Shown here piece by piece: positions 51,610-64,000 of a DNA stretch of 64,000 bases (the first letter of the stretch is position 1; each line of letters opens with the position of its first letter). A program made the translations under genes and the position numbers. Location: positions 33,108,001 to 33,172,000 of the forward strand of contig JBHGNT010000001.1 of NCBI GenBank assembly GCA_043228905.1, given 5' to 3'. The notes under the pieces were generated by a model. That model did not search any database and was not told where the DNA came from. It was given only the letters and a program-made list of their open reading frames with translations. Origin of the DNA: Azolla caroliniana (Eukaryota > Plantae > Polypodiophyta).

Positions 51610-53015
51610 AACAAGCTTGTATATAGACCATGAACACTTTGTATATTGTAAGAGACCATACGGATTAGCATAGCAAAAGAGGGCTGTGGACATTTTAACA
51701 CTTCTAGAGTCTTACAATTTGTTGTGCAAAATGAAGACATCAAAGGCATTTTTCCTTGGAAGGTTGAAAAAAGCCCAAAAGAAGACATGTATTATTAGGT
51801 AATAGGCAATGCATTACACACTTTCATGTGGCAAGCTTTTCTAAACGCTGAAATTCCTCAATAGCTCATTGATAGTTTTATTTGTGCCTTTTGTATACGA
51901 TGATGATCTCCTTAATAAGATTGACATATATTCTCTAAATTTATATAGCTTGTGTATTATATAAGAAAATGCCGACTTGCTATTTCCTCATTATGTATGG
52001 ATGATTGGAACCTTATGGTGGAGGGTCATTGCCTTTTATGGTGTGATTCATAGATTGTGTTACCATTCAATGGTAAAGATAGTACTTAAGTGTCTCCACT
52101 ACTCTTGCAAGATGTATTAGGCTCTATGCCATTTGAGGCCTAGTGCACCCTTCACTTTATAGGTCATTGTGCCTTATAGGATGATGATGTATTTCTTATG
52201 AAACCTCGTATGCCCATGGTGCTGAGTGTACACATGTAATCACGTGCCTATAACCTCCAAAATTAAGCCCTAATTTAGCATGCAATCACATGTTCTCCCT
52301 TTGTATGCACTTAACTATGTGAGGGTTGTTTGGCCATTGGATGGAATAAGTTCACAATGGAACATCCATGGCATGATAGGAGAGGGCAATTCAGAAAAAC
52401 TTTCAATACAATATCATGGCAGTAAAACATATGACAAAACTTGGTGTACCCAATGAATGTGGAATTATGGTAGTGGTTTGGAAGAAGTATTGGGGTTATG
52501 CAAAGGTGTCCCCTCTCACCCCCTTTTGTTAAGTCTATGGGTAGAACACTTAGAACATTCCATTATGCAAGTATCAGCGAGTGAGGAACAAACCTTAAGG
52601 TAGAGATTTAGTTATTCTTGTGCCGAAAGATAATGTGCGACCATCAAATGGATGGGAGGAACCGTAGATTACAATGAAAAAATCTCAAGCGTTCATTGCA
52701 AGGATATCATCGCCAGCAAAGAGGCCGAAAGGCTGGTCATAGATAATTGTCAGAGTGTACTTACCAACAAATGGCCGGGCACTGATTCACGGACAATCAC
52801 AGCAAAGTTTATGAGGGAAGTCTGAACGAAAAACAATCACAAGAAAGTTGATGAGGAAAGTATGAACTAGAAGAAACTGCTGCCCAAACCAAGCCAAGCA
52901 GGGAGAGAATGAATGCATATAGGAAGAAGTAACAATACTGTAAAAGAAAGAGTTTTGCAGGAGAACAAAATCCACCCCTCCCCGGTCCCGACTGTTAGCC
53001 TGCCATTTTCAGAGG

Positions 53016-53023
53016 TAGGGTTT
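53016..53023 (-). promoter_or_regulatory. Telo-box (AAACCCTA) about 40 bp upstream of the RPL30 start codon
   Basis: TAGGGTTT on the plus strand. Telo-boxes are characteristic of plant ribosomal protein gene 5' regions. Confidence 0.6.
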
Positions 53024-53062
53024 TCCCGTCTGTTGTTCTGCTCAGTGAGCTCATTCTACGCC

Positions 53063-54904
53063 ATGGTGGCCGCCAAGAAGACGGTAAGTGGTCCATCTAC
53101 CCCTTGTTTGTTTGTTTGTTTCTCGCGATTCAACTGTGTCAGTTCGCCATGTACCTACTTTTTCTCGTTCTCGTTCTCTGTCCATTCCTTCTTCTATATT
53201 TCACTGTCTGCCGTTCGCCGAGTTAGTTTTCCATGTACAATGCCATGTTAATTTGTTTTCTGTTTCGCGAAAATAGATACTTTCTCCTTAAAAGATGACA
53301 AGATCTAGGATTGATGATTTTTGGCCATATCGTTTATTCTATATTTGTGCATTTCTTTGTCTCTTTCTCGTTGGAGAGTTCTTTCGAGAGCTGAAAATGT
53401 AACACGCTCCTCATTTTATTCCAAATATAGGCCACAAAAGATTGAGACTGGAGAGGAGGATTTCTCACCATATTCTTTCTGGATTTTTATTTTTGTTTGG
53501 CGAATTTCTGAATTGCATTTCTTTTTCTTCACCATATGCTCAGATTTTCTTTGGTAGAACTTATATAAAGTAAAGGCATTTTTTGGGATATCTTTTATAT
53601 TATGCACTCTCGTATGGGATACTGGAAATCACTGGATTCAATTTGTTGTTTTTTTCTCTTCTGACGAAGTTCTGCATTTCTTGCACCATCGATATGCTTT
53701 CTTCACCTGCTATTCTCTTGCTTGTAATTGCAGAAAAAGGCTCAAGAGAGCATTAACAACAGGCTTGCTCTTGTTGTGAAGAGTGGAAAGTTTACTCTTG
53801 GATACAAGACAACACTAAAATCTCTGCGTAGTGGGAAAGGTACTTAATGTTTGATTGCTTTCTTAGATTTGGCTAGCTCATTAGGTTGGATCTGATGTTT
53901 ATTGTATCCTGCATTGTCCTGAAGAATTTATATCTCTAAACATGTTTAGGTCAGGTTGTCTATTATGGTTATTTTGGCTCTGAACTTATTTTGCATGAGC
54001 CAATAATTTATATAACAAAACATGATGTAAATTTGACTGCGTTATTGTCTTGGCAAATCAAACCTTATTTCTAAAAAATCTCATAGAAAATGTTGCAAAT
54101 TGAATGTAAGATGAAAATTGGGAAGAGTGACTCGGCCATAGCATCTCATTGTTTAAATGTTTCAAAATAATATAGCAAATAAGAAAACTTCAGAATCTAA
54201 AGGGAGACCCTGATTTTGAATTGACTTATGGTAGCAACTTACTCATTCAGGCAAGCTCATCATCATTGCCAACAATTGCCCTCCATTGAGGAAGTCAGAA
54301 ATTGAGTATTATGCAATGCTTTCGAAAACTGGGGTTCATCATTACACTGGAAGTGAGTTATACAAAAACTCTCTTTTGTTTTTAAATCACTATAAATAGA
54401 CTTTTTTTATGTTATAGTTAATACGATTGCTTTTCTGAATAACAGTTTTGGTTTCTTCTTTGAATTTTATGTTCTTGTATGTGCTCAGATAATGTGGATT
54501 TAGGTACAGCATGTGGAAAGTACTACAGAGTATGCTGTTTGAGCATCACTGATGCTGGTATGTTCTTTATGATTTGGTTCATTTTTCCTTTTCCAAATAT
54601 TGACTTTCTTAATCAATATTTCTTTTTGAGAATGTAACCAATTTAGTAGAAAATATGCGGATGTCTTATATATATGCATGGATTTGTATGTCATTTGGAA
54701 GCCTAAAAGTGTTGATATATCTTAAGCCTTGAAACATTTTTAGGTCATTTTAGGCAAATAATCATCAAATATATGTAGAAGTCATTCTTAATTTTTTTAA
54801 AACCCATCCTTTCTTTCTTGGTTGTTATTTGAGGGGCTTATTGTGCATGCCGTAACTTGTCTTCAGGTGATTCCGACATCATCAGGACCATGCCTACAGA
54901 GTAG
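53063..54904 (+). CDS. RPL30: 60S ribosomal protein L30 (eL30), 5 exons, 111 aa
   Basis: Exons 53063-53083, 53734-53839, 54251-54352, 54489-54557 and 54867-54904 (336 nt): [111 protein letters not shown]. Confidence 0.98.
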
Positions 54905-57432
54905 TGATTCCGTATCAGAGTTTCATCATGTTGAGAGCATACACATTGATATTTGTAAACATCCCTTTTTGGTTAATGAACGACTTTCAAGTGAGGACAA
55001 GGTTGAGCTCAGGAGTGCCAGTATATTGGGTCCTAATGTTCAGGAGTAATGTGAGTTCTTGAACAGTTTTCTCTCAAATATACATGTCTGGGCATTGAAT
55101 TCCTGTACTACGCAAATGGAATCGGTAACAGTGAAGTGAAATCTTATCTTACCATGAAATGTTGTTTTGTTGGACAACCTTCTTGTTACCATTTTTTTGG
55201 AGCTTTCTGTTGCATTTGTCAGTACTCCAGAAAAACTGAATCCTGTTTAGCAGCACTCATTCAGATTGAATCGCATCCATTTTCCCTTCCATACTATGCC
55301 ATAACAATTTTGGTATGTGAAATTTATGCCATTAACTTCATCATCTGGCTGCGTACCTTGTGGCCTTTTTTAATAACAGGGCAAAGTTTTTAAAGTTTTT
55401 CGCTGTAAGATAATTTGTCATTCTGTTGTGCTAGTAGAAGATAGATGGTTCAAAGATGATTAGACATGAGTGCAAAATCCTTGTGGATATTTGTCATCAT
55501 GCACTTATTTGTACAATGTTAAAGCTCAATGTCATGATGCTGACTATGATGGTACATTGGGCGTTTTGTTAACATTGTAGAAATTAAGAGTGATATTAGA
55601 ATGTTTTACTGATGTGCGTTCAATGAATGCCATTTTCAACTTGGACTAGATCTTTTCATTTAATGAATTTGGCAAATTGGCATGTTGAATGGTTAATTTA
55701 TAATGAATATGAACTGCTGAGCTAGTTGCTTCCAAATTTCCAATGCCAATCAAAATATTTTTTAAAACCTTGAATGGATACTAGAACATTAGATTTGGTG
55801 TCAAGCAAACTGAATTGTTTTAGCTTTTTCCATTGTCATTTTGGGGACCAGTCATTATCACTTAATTCCTTGATAAAACGATAATTTTCTCATTAGATAA
55901 AAACTCTTCATTAACAACACCTTGAATTCTCCTATTCCTTTTCATATAAATTCTGTGTATTATTTAACATGAATATCAAATTGTGAATTTTTGTACTAAT
56001 ATCTTGTATCATTTTATTTCATCTGTATTTGCATCAAACCCACCTCTATTGAGGCAATAATTAAAAGTTCACCTATTTGTCCATATACATCGAAGATGAT
56101 GTGCTTTTGTAGTCTTCTTGAGGTGTTCATCTCTTTGTAGGCCATTGGTGCAAATCAAAATATATGTATGGGCAAGAATTGATCGTTTGTTTGGCAAGGA
56201 AACCTAGATGACGGTAAGAAGTAGTGCATCATGATCCAATGCCACTCTATATTATTAGATGAGTAGATTACATAATGAAACATAATGTGAAAGCATTCCC
56301 TTTTGTATATAACACTCTACATTCATTGGGTTCCCTTTTGTATATAACACTCATGTTTGATAAAAGTGGCTTTACAATGTTGACATTGGGCTTTCAAAGG
56401 CCAATGCTAGTTAAAACATGATGTCTCCCTATTCCTCCCAATCAATGTCTCCCTATTGTCTCCCTTTTGTGGATATTCAAAGACGATTTATTGATTCCCC
56501 TAAAATCGTTGGACTTGAACTCTAATTGAGACAAATGAATTGATGGTTTCAGGCATGGATATGCATGATGAGTATTTATGCCTCATGCAAGACCTGCTCT
56601 GACCTCTCTGATATCCTGTCTTATAACCCCATGTGTGGCCCATATATTGAGAACCGTGGCCATTGCCATTATGGACAGGCCGAGCATGCATGCAAAGAAC
56701 CGATTTAAGAAGCTCCCAAATGTCTGACGACTTTCACATGCATTTAAACAATTGGGGTGGAACAAAAGGATGTATGAGAATCTCGCATCAAAATCAAACT
56801 CAGTCCATATAACTTCGTGGGATGGCCTCCGCCCACGGAGGAGACCTATGGAAGCTGCCACGTGTATGTATGTATGTAATCTAATAAAATCTTGGCATGC
56901 CATGTGGCAGTACAAATGTGTATATAAATGAAGGGCAAAATAGACTAACAAAATATAAATAAATAAATACATAAATACATAAATCAAACGATCAGAAATA
57001 AGTAAACGAAGGGAGAAAAACAGATAAAAATGAATAAAAATAAGCAAATAAATAGATAAATAATAAAATCCATTTTTCCACAACGTTCCAGGCTCTTTTT
57101 CTTTGCATGCAAATTGCCGCCCTTTTCTCCTTATTCTCTCTGTTTCTCTCAGCCTCTCTCATTTTCTCAGAAATCCGGTTTTCTTCTTTTGTTCGGTAAG
57201 TTTGTTTGATTCTCTTTTTTTTTCTTTTCCTTCCTCTTCTCGTCTTTCTGTTCAAAATGATTTCTTTTCTGAATTATCTGTGCAAAACGATTTCCTTTTC
57301 TGCTTTTTCTATTGAAAGCGATCTTCTTTCCTCGTCTGTGTTGAATCTTCTCGTTCATGGAATTTGATTAATTAACTTTAAAACAGCCTTTTCATGAGTA
57401 GTTTGTTTTTCGGCAGTTAAATAAACAATACT

Positions 57433-60400
57433 ATGAGCGAGAATCTTATCACAGAGTTGAATGGAAGAGACCCCGATTCTGTACTATTCGAAATTGCTAT
57501 TGTGTATAGCAAGAGCCCACATAATTCTAAACATAAGACGGAGGAGGGAGGTGATCATTCTCTGAAGAGAGATGAACCTGATTGTGCAATCCAACGGCTG
57601 AAAATGGAACTAAACAATAAGGGCATCTTGTTAGAAGATGTAGAGGGAATCTCTTCAGAACATTTTCTAAAGGTAAGCTAATTTTGGTCATTAGATTTAG
57701 TTTTTAGTAATTTATATTCTTAGGTGATATTTGGCTTGGATTAAGTTAAAAAACTCATAGTCTTTCTTTTTTCTTGTCAAAATATGTTTACATAAGCCAA
57801 TAGAATAAAGCCTACATAGTCCTAGGAAATTATCATTTCTAGTTGAAGTTTTGCTCACCAAATTCTACGTGTACTGAAAGCAATGGACCCAGATTCTTAT
57901 CGTATCACATGTGTGAGTTGTTTGAGCCTTCGGAGGTGAAAATTTATGGCTCTAAAGGTGTAAAATGTAAGGAATATATTGTGATTATTGCTTTTTAATC
58001 CATTTTGACATTGTCAATTTACTATCAAAATGTTATACTCGTCGTATTTGCAGCATTGAAAATTGATACATGGTATAGATGTGTACCTATATATATGCAT
58101 ATAATGCACATGGAAACTTCTGTAGAAATAGTGTGTTAAATGGCTTTATGCCTGCTGCAGATTGGTGCTCCAATTGAAGTATTAGGATCCATGGCAGAAA
58201 CTCTTGAGATACGAAAACCAACTTACATTGGTGAGCAAATGTGGTTTTCCTATAATACCAGAATGTTCTTCTCCTAACACTGGTTTTGTTGCATGGGAAA
58301 CCTATATCTTGTTTCTATGTAATATAACAGAATTATGAGTTGTGGCTCATGCTGGGTCTTTATTTCTCTTCACACACCAAAAACACTAATTCGGCTTGTA
58401 TTTTCTACTATCACAATTTGATCGTGCCTGTAGACTGAGCCTTTTCGTTTTCTTCCTCATTGCAAGGGCTCGATTTGCCATTTCAGTGGAATGCGAGGGA
58501 TATGTTTGTTCGTCAATACGAAGATAAGAGTTTATTCAGCTGGACTGAGCGATATGAATGTCTCCATTCATTGCTATATGAAGAAATGGTACATTTCAGA
58601 CACACTTTTATATAGTATGCATCATCAGGTATATGTAAGTAAGAAAAGACAAAGTTCTGCTTGCCATAATTTTGACGAAAGTGTAATAGCATTTACCATT
58701 CATTGCGTGTTTGTGATGTAAAAAAGCAAAGAGATAACAAAAAAATTGAAGTGTCCATCAAAGAATTAATGCTTCTGGTAATATTCTTTTGCAGGTAAAC
58801 AATGATCAAGAAGAGATATCTCTGAAATATCCTGGAGAGGCGGGAGAATTTTTATGGAAACCAGGCGAATCTCTTCTGTGGAGATTGGAAACTGAAAAGA
58901 TTGTAAAGGAGTTGCTAATTCTTCATGGTAACTCCGCTAGAAAAAAACTGTTGGGCTGTTGTTACTGTTATTTTATCATCTTTTCTTTTTCCCAATGGTA
59001 TATATATTCCTATGTCTGTGACACATCTATAAATGTTATCCTTACTTGCAGATGAAAGCAAACGGAAATCCCTCCTTCACAACTGGGCTTTAAAATGGAG
59101 TGATTTCACACACCAGCCCATAGATTCTATATACTCATACTTTGGCCCTAAGGTTTGCTTGGATTATATTCCTCAATTCTATCTATTACTGAAAGAGTCT
59201 AAATGATGTCATTACAAAGCTAAAGATTTAGATTGAAAGGATTAATATGGAGGGTTAAAAAGCTGTAATTATTGGGCTGAAAGGGCTTTTAAAGTTTGTG
59301 CGTTATTATTATTCCGGGTTGCAATATACTTTACTTCCTGGGGATGTATACATGATGTCTTATTTATATTATTGTGCCAGGTTGCAATATACTTTACTTT
59401 TCTGGGGATGTATACACAATGGCTTATTTATCCTTCTATAATGGGTATTTTGATCTATTGTACAGATCTAGGGTAACTTTCTTGTCTTCAAAAAATCACT
59501 TCATTGTTGATGCATTCCTTCTTTTTCATATCTGATGGTTTTTTTGTGTGGTGAATTTGGTGTAGGTCTTGGGAGTCTGTGGTTCCACCTTTATTTTCCA
59601 CTGTTGCTGTCACATGGGCTGTCCTGTTTTTGCAGTTCTGGAAACGAAAAAATGCAGCACTTTTAGCCAGGTTTTGATTGAACTTCTTACTACTTGGATA
59701 GTCATGGGCAGCCATTTTCAGTTTCAGGTATATGGAATGGATCATGAGTAGGGCATTAGGCCTAGTTGTTGTGTACGGAACACCCTGTAAGGCAGATTAG
59801 TCATGGGCAGCCATTTTCATTTCAGGTATATGAAATGGATCATGAGTAGGGAATTAGACCTAGTTGTTGTGTACAGTACATTCCATAAGGCAGATTTATT
59901 AAGCAGATTATGTAGGTCCAAGCAGTAAGAAGTTTAGGAGCTCATTACCACACAGTCAGTTTGTGCAAAGAATTATTAACTGTGGTTGTGCAAACATTCT
60001 ATTACAATGATGCATTTGGAATTTATCTAATTTTAGCAAAAATAAATGAATTTTTTTGGGATTTGGATATGCAAAGTTACGTAAGCATAGCCCTGTGCAT
60101 AACTGGATGATCATAACATGGCAAAACTTGAAATAAGTTGTCTTTGGAAGACAGCGGTGTACAACCAACCTTGATCATATGTCAACAATACCTAGTGTAA
60201 ATACATAAGATGAAATTTATTTCTTGTGTAGCTGATATTGGCTAGTGCCTTACTTTGTCCTTGAACTTTCTTTGGTTGTTTGACTAGGTGGAACCAAAGC
60301 TCTACATTCGATAAAGATTACACTATGAAGCTTCCAATTTCCCTTGAAAAGTCTGCTGCAAAAATGAGTAATCAAGGTTTATCAAAAACAGAGCGGCAAG

Positions 60401-63400
60401 TTTTTCAAGAGGAGGAATGGGCAGAACATTTCAGAAGCTTTCGGAACAATGCAACAGTGATTGCAGGAATACTGTGTCTCCAGCTACCATTTGAAATTGC
60501 TTATGCTCATTTGAGTTACATAACTAAGTCTTCAATCCTAAGGTAAAGACAATTGTGATTGTTAATCCCATTGCTCGTGCATTATGGTCTTTCCAACTTT
60601 TTTTCCCTCTTTTAGGTTCACAATCACGGGAGTGTATCTATTATTGATCCAATATTTCACCAAATTAGGTGGAAAGTTTGCTGTTCGATTAACCAAATCA
60701 CAACATCATGTCAATAAAATCTCTGAAGCAGATAGCCTCATTTACAAGGTTTGGTATATACATACAGACAAGTTTCTAGCAGTTACTTAATGTATTAACT
60801 TAATTTTAATTTTAACTTGATGTGTTCTTTTCATTATTTTTTCTTTACAGGTCTTTGGGGTGTATTTCATGCAATCATACATAGGCCTCTTCTATCAAGC
60901 ATTATTTCAGCGAGACTTCAAAATGCTGCGACTATTTCTTATCCAACGTTTAGTGATATCTCAAGTAAGTCTAGATCATTTGTGTATTTAGAAATTTATT
61001 TTAACTAGTAAGATTTCACACGTAAGATTAGATTTATTTGACAATTATTCGACTACGGTTTGGTTGCTGATGGAATCACAACTTTATTGTTGATATCTTC
61101 AACTATCGTGCAATTACAGAATCCAGGCACAAATTGAGAAGATCGTAATTGTTCTCATCATAACTACTTTAGTATGCTCATAAATGATGAGTTCAAATTT
61201 ATGAAGGGAATTTGGGTCATGTCCCTCGATTTCTCCCGAGCTTCATTGAAGTATTATTATGAACCTTTCCCAATTCTCAAGAAGATATTGCTATGTTCAC
61301 CTTACTAAATGAATTAAAAGAGAAAGATGTTAAGAAACAAGCCATATCTTTCTTTTTCTCAATAAAAAGATTAAGATATCTCAATCAGTCAGTAAAAAAT
61401 GCCTTAGTTTAAGTTAATGTGGGCATTGTTGGAAAGTGCTGTTCAAGTTCTATTTAGATCTGAGTTTCTTGGAGCTTACTATGTGATGAAAGGGTACATA
61501 TGTGGTGTCCCTTTGGTGCAAGCGCATGCCTTCATATTGTGGTGTACATTTGTTCCTCTGTGCCACCCTTTTAGCATGCATGTAGCCAAGCCAACCCAAA
61601 TGGGTACCTATGTATCAACTATAAATTGAACAAGAAGTAAGAAGCAAGGCAAGCTAGTTTGAATTCTCTTTATGTCCATTTCACAATACAAAAGTTATTA
61701 ATTCTGTGTAATGTCCCTGCATTACTTGTGATGTCACAATGAGTAAGTGGCTGATTACTAAGAATGCTACAAGACTTCTTAGCATACATGAATATATGTA
61801 TTTCTACAGGTTATCAATAATATTGTGGAGAATATGCTGCCATACATTGCTTATCGCCGTAACAAGTACAATGTTTTTCAGTATGTATAGATTCTTCACA
61901 TGTTTTGGAGTGTTGAGAGTCTTTGGTAGAAGATATAAATGCCTGATTTCCAGTCTTGAATTTTAGTATGGAAAAGGATGAAAAGAAGGATCCGGATGAA
62001 AAATCCAGGCCTCATATGCCTCAAGTGGAAAAAGAGTATTTGAAGCCTGCTTATACTGCGAGCGTTGGAGATGACTTAGATGATGGACTTTTTGATGGTA
62101 AAAGCTACAAATTTTGACAGCTAAAATTTTGAACTGAATTGTTGTCATAATATGGAGATAGAATGATGAGTTGTTTGCTTTCTTGCAATGAAATAAATGC
62201 AGATTTCTTGGAGCTTACATTACAATTTGGCATGGTGACAATGTTTGCTAGTGCATTTCCTTTGGTCTTTGTATTCGGCCTAATAGTAAGAAAGCCAACC
62301 CGTTTTAGTTAATTTTCATAGAGCTCAAATGGTACAGTCCTGGGGGTATCTAGAAACGTGTGGCCTAATGTGAAAAGGCCCATAATAACAGGGCCTCATT
62401 GACTAAGAGTGTGTTCACCTGTTGGAGATCCCATATTGTCTTATTATGAGCTTTTCACATTTGGCTGAAAAACAGGCACCTCGTCCATATGCGTTTGTAT
62501 CTCCTCTTGTAAGGCATGTGAAACTTGATTTTGATCCAAATTGATTTTTCTATCCTTTTAGAACAACTTGATGGAGATAAGATCAGATGCACTGAAGCTC
62601 CTTGTGATGCTACGACGGCCTGAACCTCGTGCAGCTGCTTCTATTGGAGCATGGCTTAATATCTTCCAGGTAAATTCATGTGCCCTATTGTATTGAATAC
62701 AGTTCACAAGAAAGATGGCAATTAACAACCATTTCAGAAATGGGTTGATGTCAGGGGCTTGGATTCATTTCAAATGATAACGAGGGCTTATTTTATTATT
62801 GAATATTTGTAGATTTCCTTAAATTTAGCACAATGCATTTTGAGCTCCTTGTGAGCTTGTAGGGAAATGCATTCGAGTTGTCTTTGGCTTGTAGGTGAGT
62901 GCATTTGAGTTGCCTTTGGCTTGTAGGCTAATGCATTTTGAGTGGGCTTTGAGTTTAACGGTCAGTGCAATTTTAGGGGAATGCAAATTGAGTTTCCTTG
63001 GATTGTATGGTCATTCCGTTTGAGCTCTTGTGCGTTTGTCAATGCCTTCTATTTGGCTACAGGTCTAGGTTAATTTAATCCGACCTGCCTTGAGCCTAGA
63101 TTGATGCATTTTTTTACTTTTTAACTTAAATATAATCATGCATGTATGAGTGTCAACTTTGAATTCTATTTCCATCTTATTTGAATGTTATTAAGTTTGG
63201 TTGTTTATGCCACAGTTTCTAGGAGTGATGGCTATATGTACAAACTGTGCCCTGTTGGTATGCCTCTATGATCAACAAGGAACTTGGACGTTAGAACCAG
63301 GATTGGCGGCCATTCTACTAATGGAGCATTTACTGTTGCTAGTGAAGTTTGGGTTTTCATGTTTTGTACCCGAGGTTGTCTTGCATATCAATAATATTGA

Positions 63401-63569
63401 ATTATCTAGTTTCAATTGCATGCTTAGAGGGGAATGCCAAATAAGTGTGCTTTTGTTTTGTTTCCAGGAGCCAGCTTGGGTCAGGGCAAAGAGAACGAGT
63501 AGGAAAGTTGTACGAGACAAATATTCACGAGGCCTACTCCAAAATCTTAACGTTGCTAGTCCTAAGTAA
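57433..63569 (+). CDS. Anoctamin/TMEM16-like Ca2+-activated scramblase or channel (At1g73020-like), about 16 exons
   Basis: Spliced motifs [147 protein letters not shown]. Confidence 0.94.
59699..59895. repeat. Imperfect tandem duplication (about 99-bp unit) in an anoctamin intron
   Basis: tagtcatgggcagccattttca...taaggcagat occurs twice. Confidence 0.9.
62833..63040. repeat. Degenerate minisatellite of about 30 bp in an anoctamin intron
   Basis: Recurring atgcatt(t)gag(c/t)t...gcttgtagg units. Confidence 0.7.
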
Positions 63570-64000
63570 ATTTAAATTTCGATGCTTTTAGCCTCTCCTT
63601 AAATAGAGTAGTGTGTTGGGCTTTATGGTTTGTGGATGTGTCCAATATTTTGTATAGTCATGTGTTGTGGATATGGATCTTTATTGTGTGTTGATGTGTC
63701 CAATATTTTGTATAGTCGTTGTGGATATGTTTGATATCTTGGCTCTAAACGTTGTAACGTTTTGAACTGCATGAATATGAAATATCATTACATTGCTGCT
63801 TCATGGCTGTATAATGTGTATAGTTAGCTTAGGCCTTATAACATGAATGTTTCTTGTGTACACGAAGTGTGGGGACAAAGTTGTAATTAATGTTAAAAAG
63901 TTCCATATCTAGTGGAGGGGATGCTTTATGTCTATGATCATATCAACATTGCTTAGTTATTTGTAGGTTACATATAAACAGTTCTTAGTTTTTTGGGCAA

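Noticed and set aside
53311-53394. Box C/D snoRNA in RPL30 intron 1 (TTGATGA...CTGA)
   Set aside because: Imperfect C box, no terminal stem and no recognisable rRNA antisense element.
1-64000. A functional gene cluster, CRISPR array or prokaryote-type system linking the six genes
   Set aside because: The genes serve unrelated housekeeping functions, have spliceosomal introns and show no repeat-spacer structure or sign of horizontal origin.

Overview
Eukaryotic nuclear DNA from a land plant. AT-rich introns, abundant (CT)n/(GT)n microsatellites and a PPR remnant suggest a fern or other seed-free vascular plant, but that is inference only. Six intron-containing genes can be reconstructed by hand with GT-AG introns and consistent phases: fumarylacetoacetase (minus strand, last exon outside the window), mitochondrial ATP synthase subunit d (minus), an ARMC8/GID5-type armadillo protein (minus), the centromere licensing factor KNL2 with SANTA domain and CENPC-k motif (plus, nearly invisible in the ORF track), ribosomal protein L30 (plus) and an anoctamin/TMEM16 protein (plus). 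There is also one orphan intronless ORF. The intergenic space holds a very young full-length Ty1/copia element with a single nonsense codon, truncated L1 and RTE-like LINEs, hAT-type MITEs with 8-bp TSDs, a PPR pseudogene and degenerate retroelement debris. I found no multi-gene novel system that I can support. The best leads are: a 267-aa N-terminal extension of KNL2 carrying an RG/GF-rich 13-aa repeat; a near-perfect 51-bp hairpin in the KNL2 intron next to the CENPC-k exon; an FAH with a substitution at a substrate-contact tyrosine; two LINEs each embedded in a (CT)n tract; and a palindromic TATA in the copia LTR just upstream of the ATP synthase d gene.
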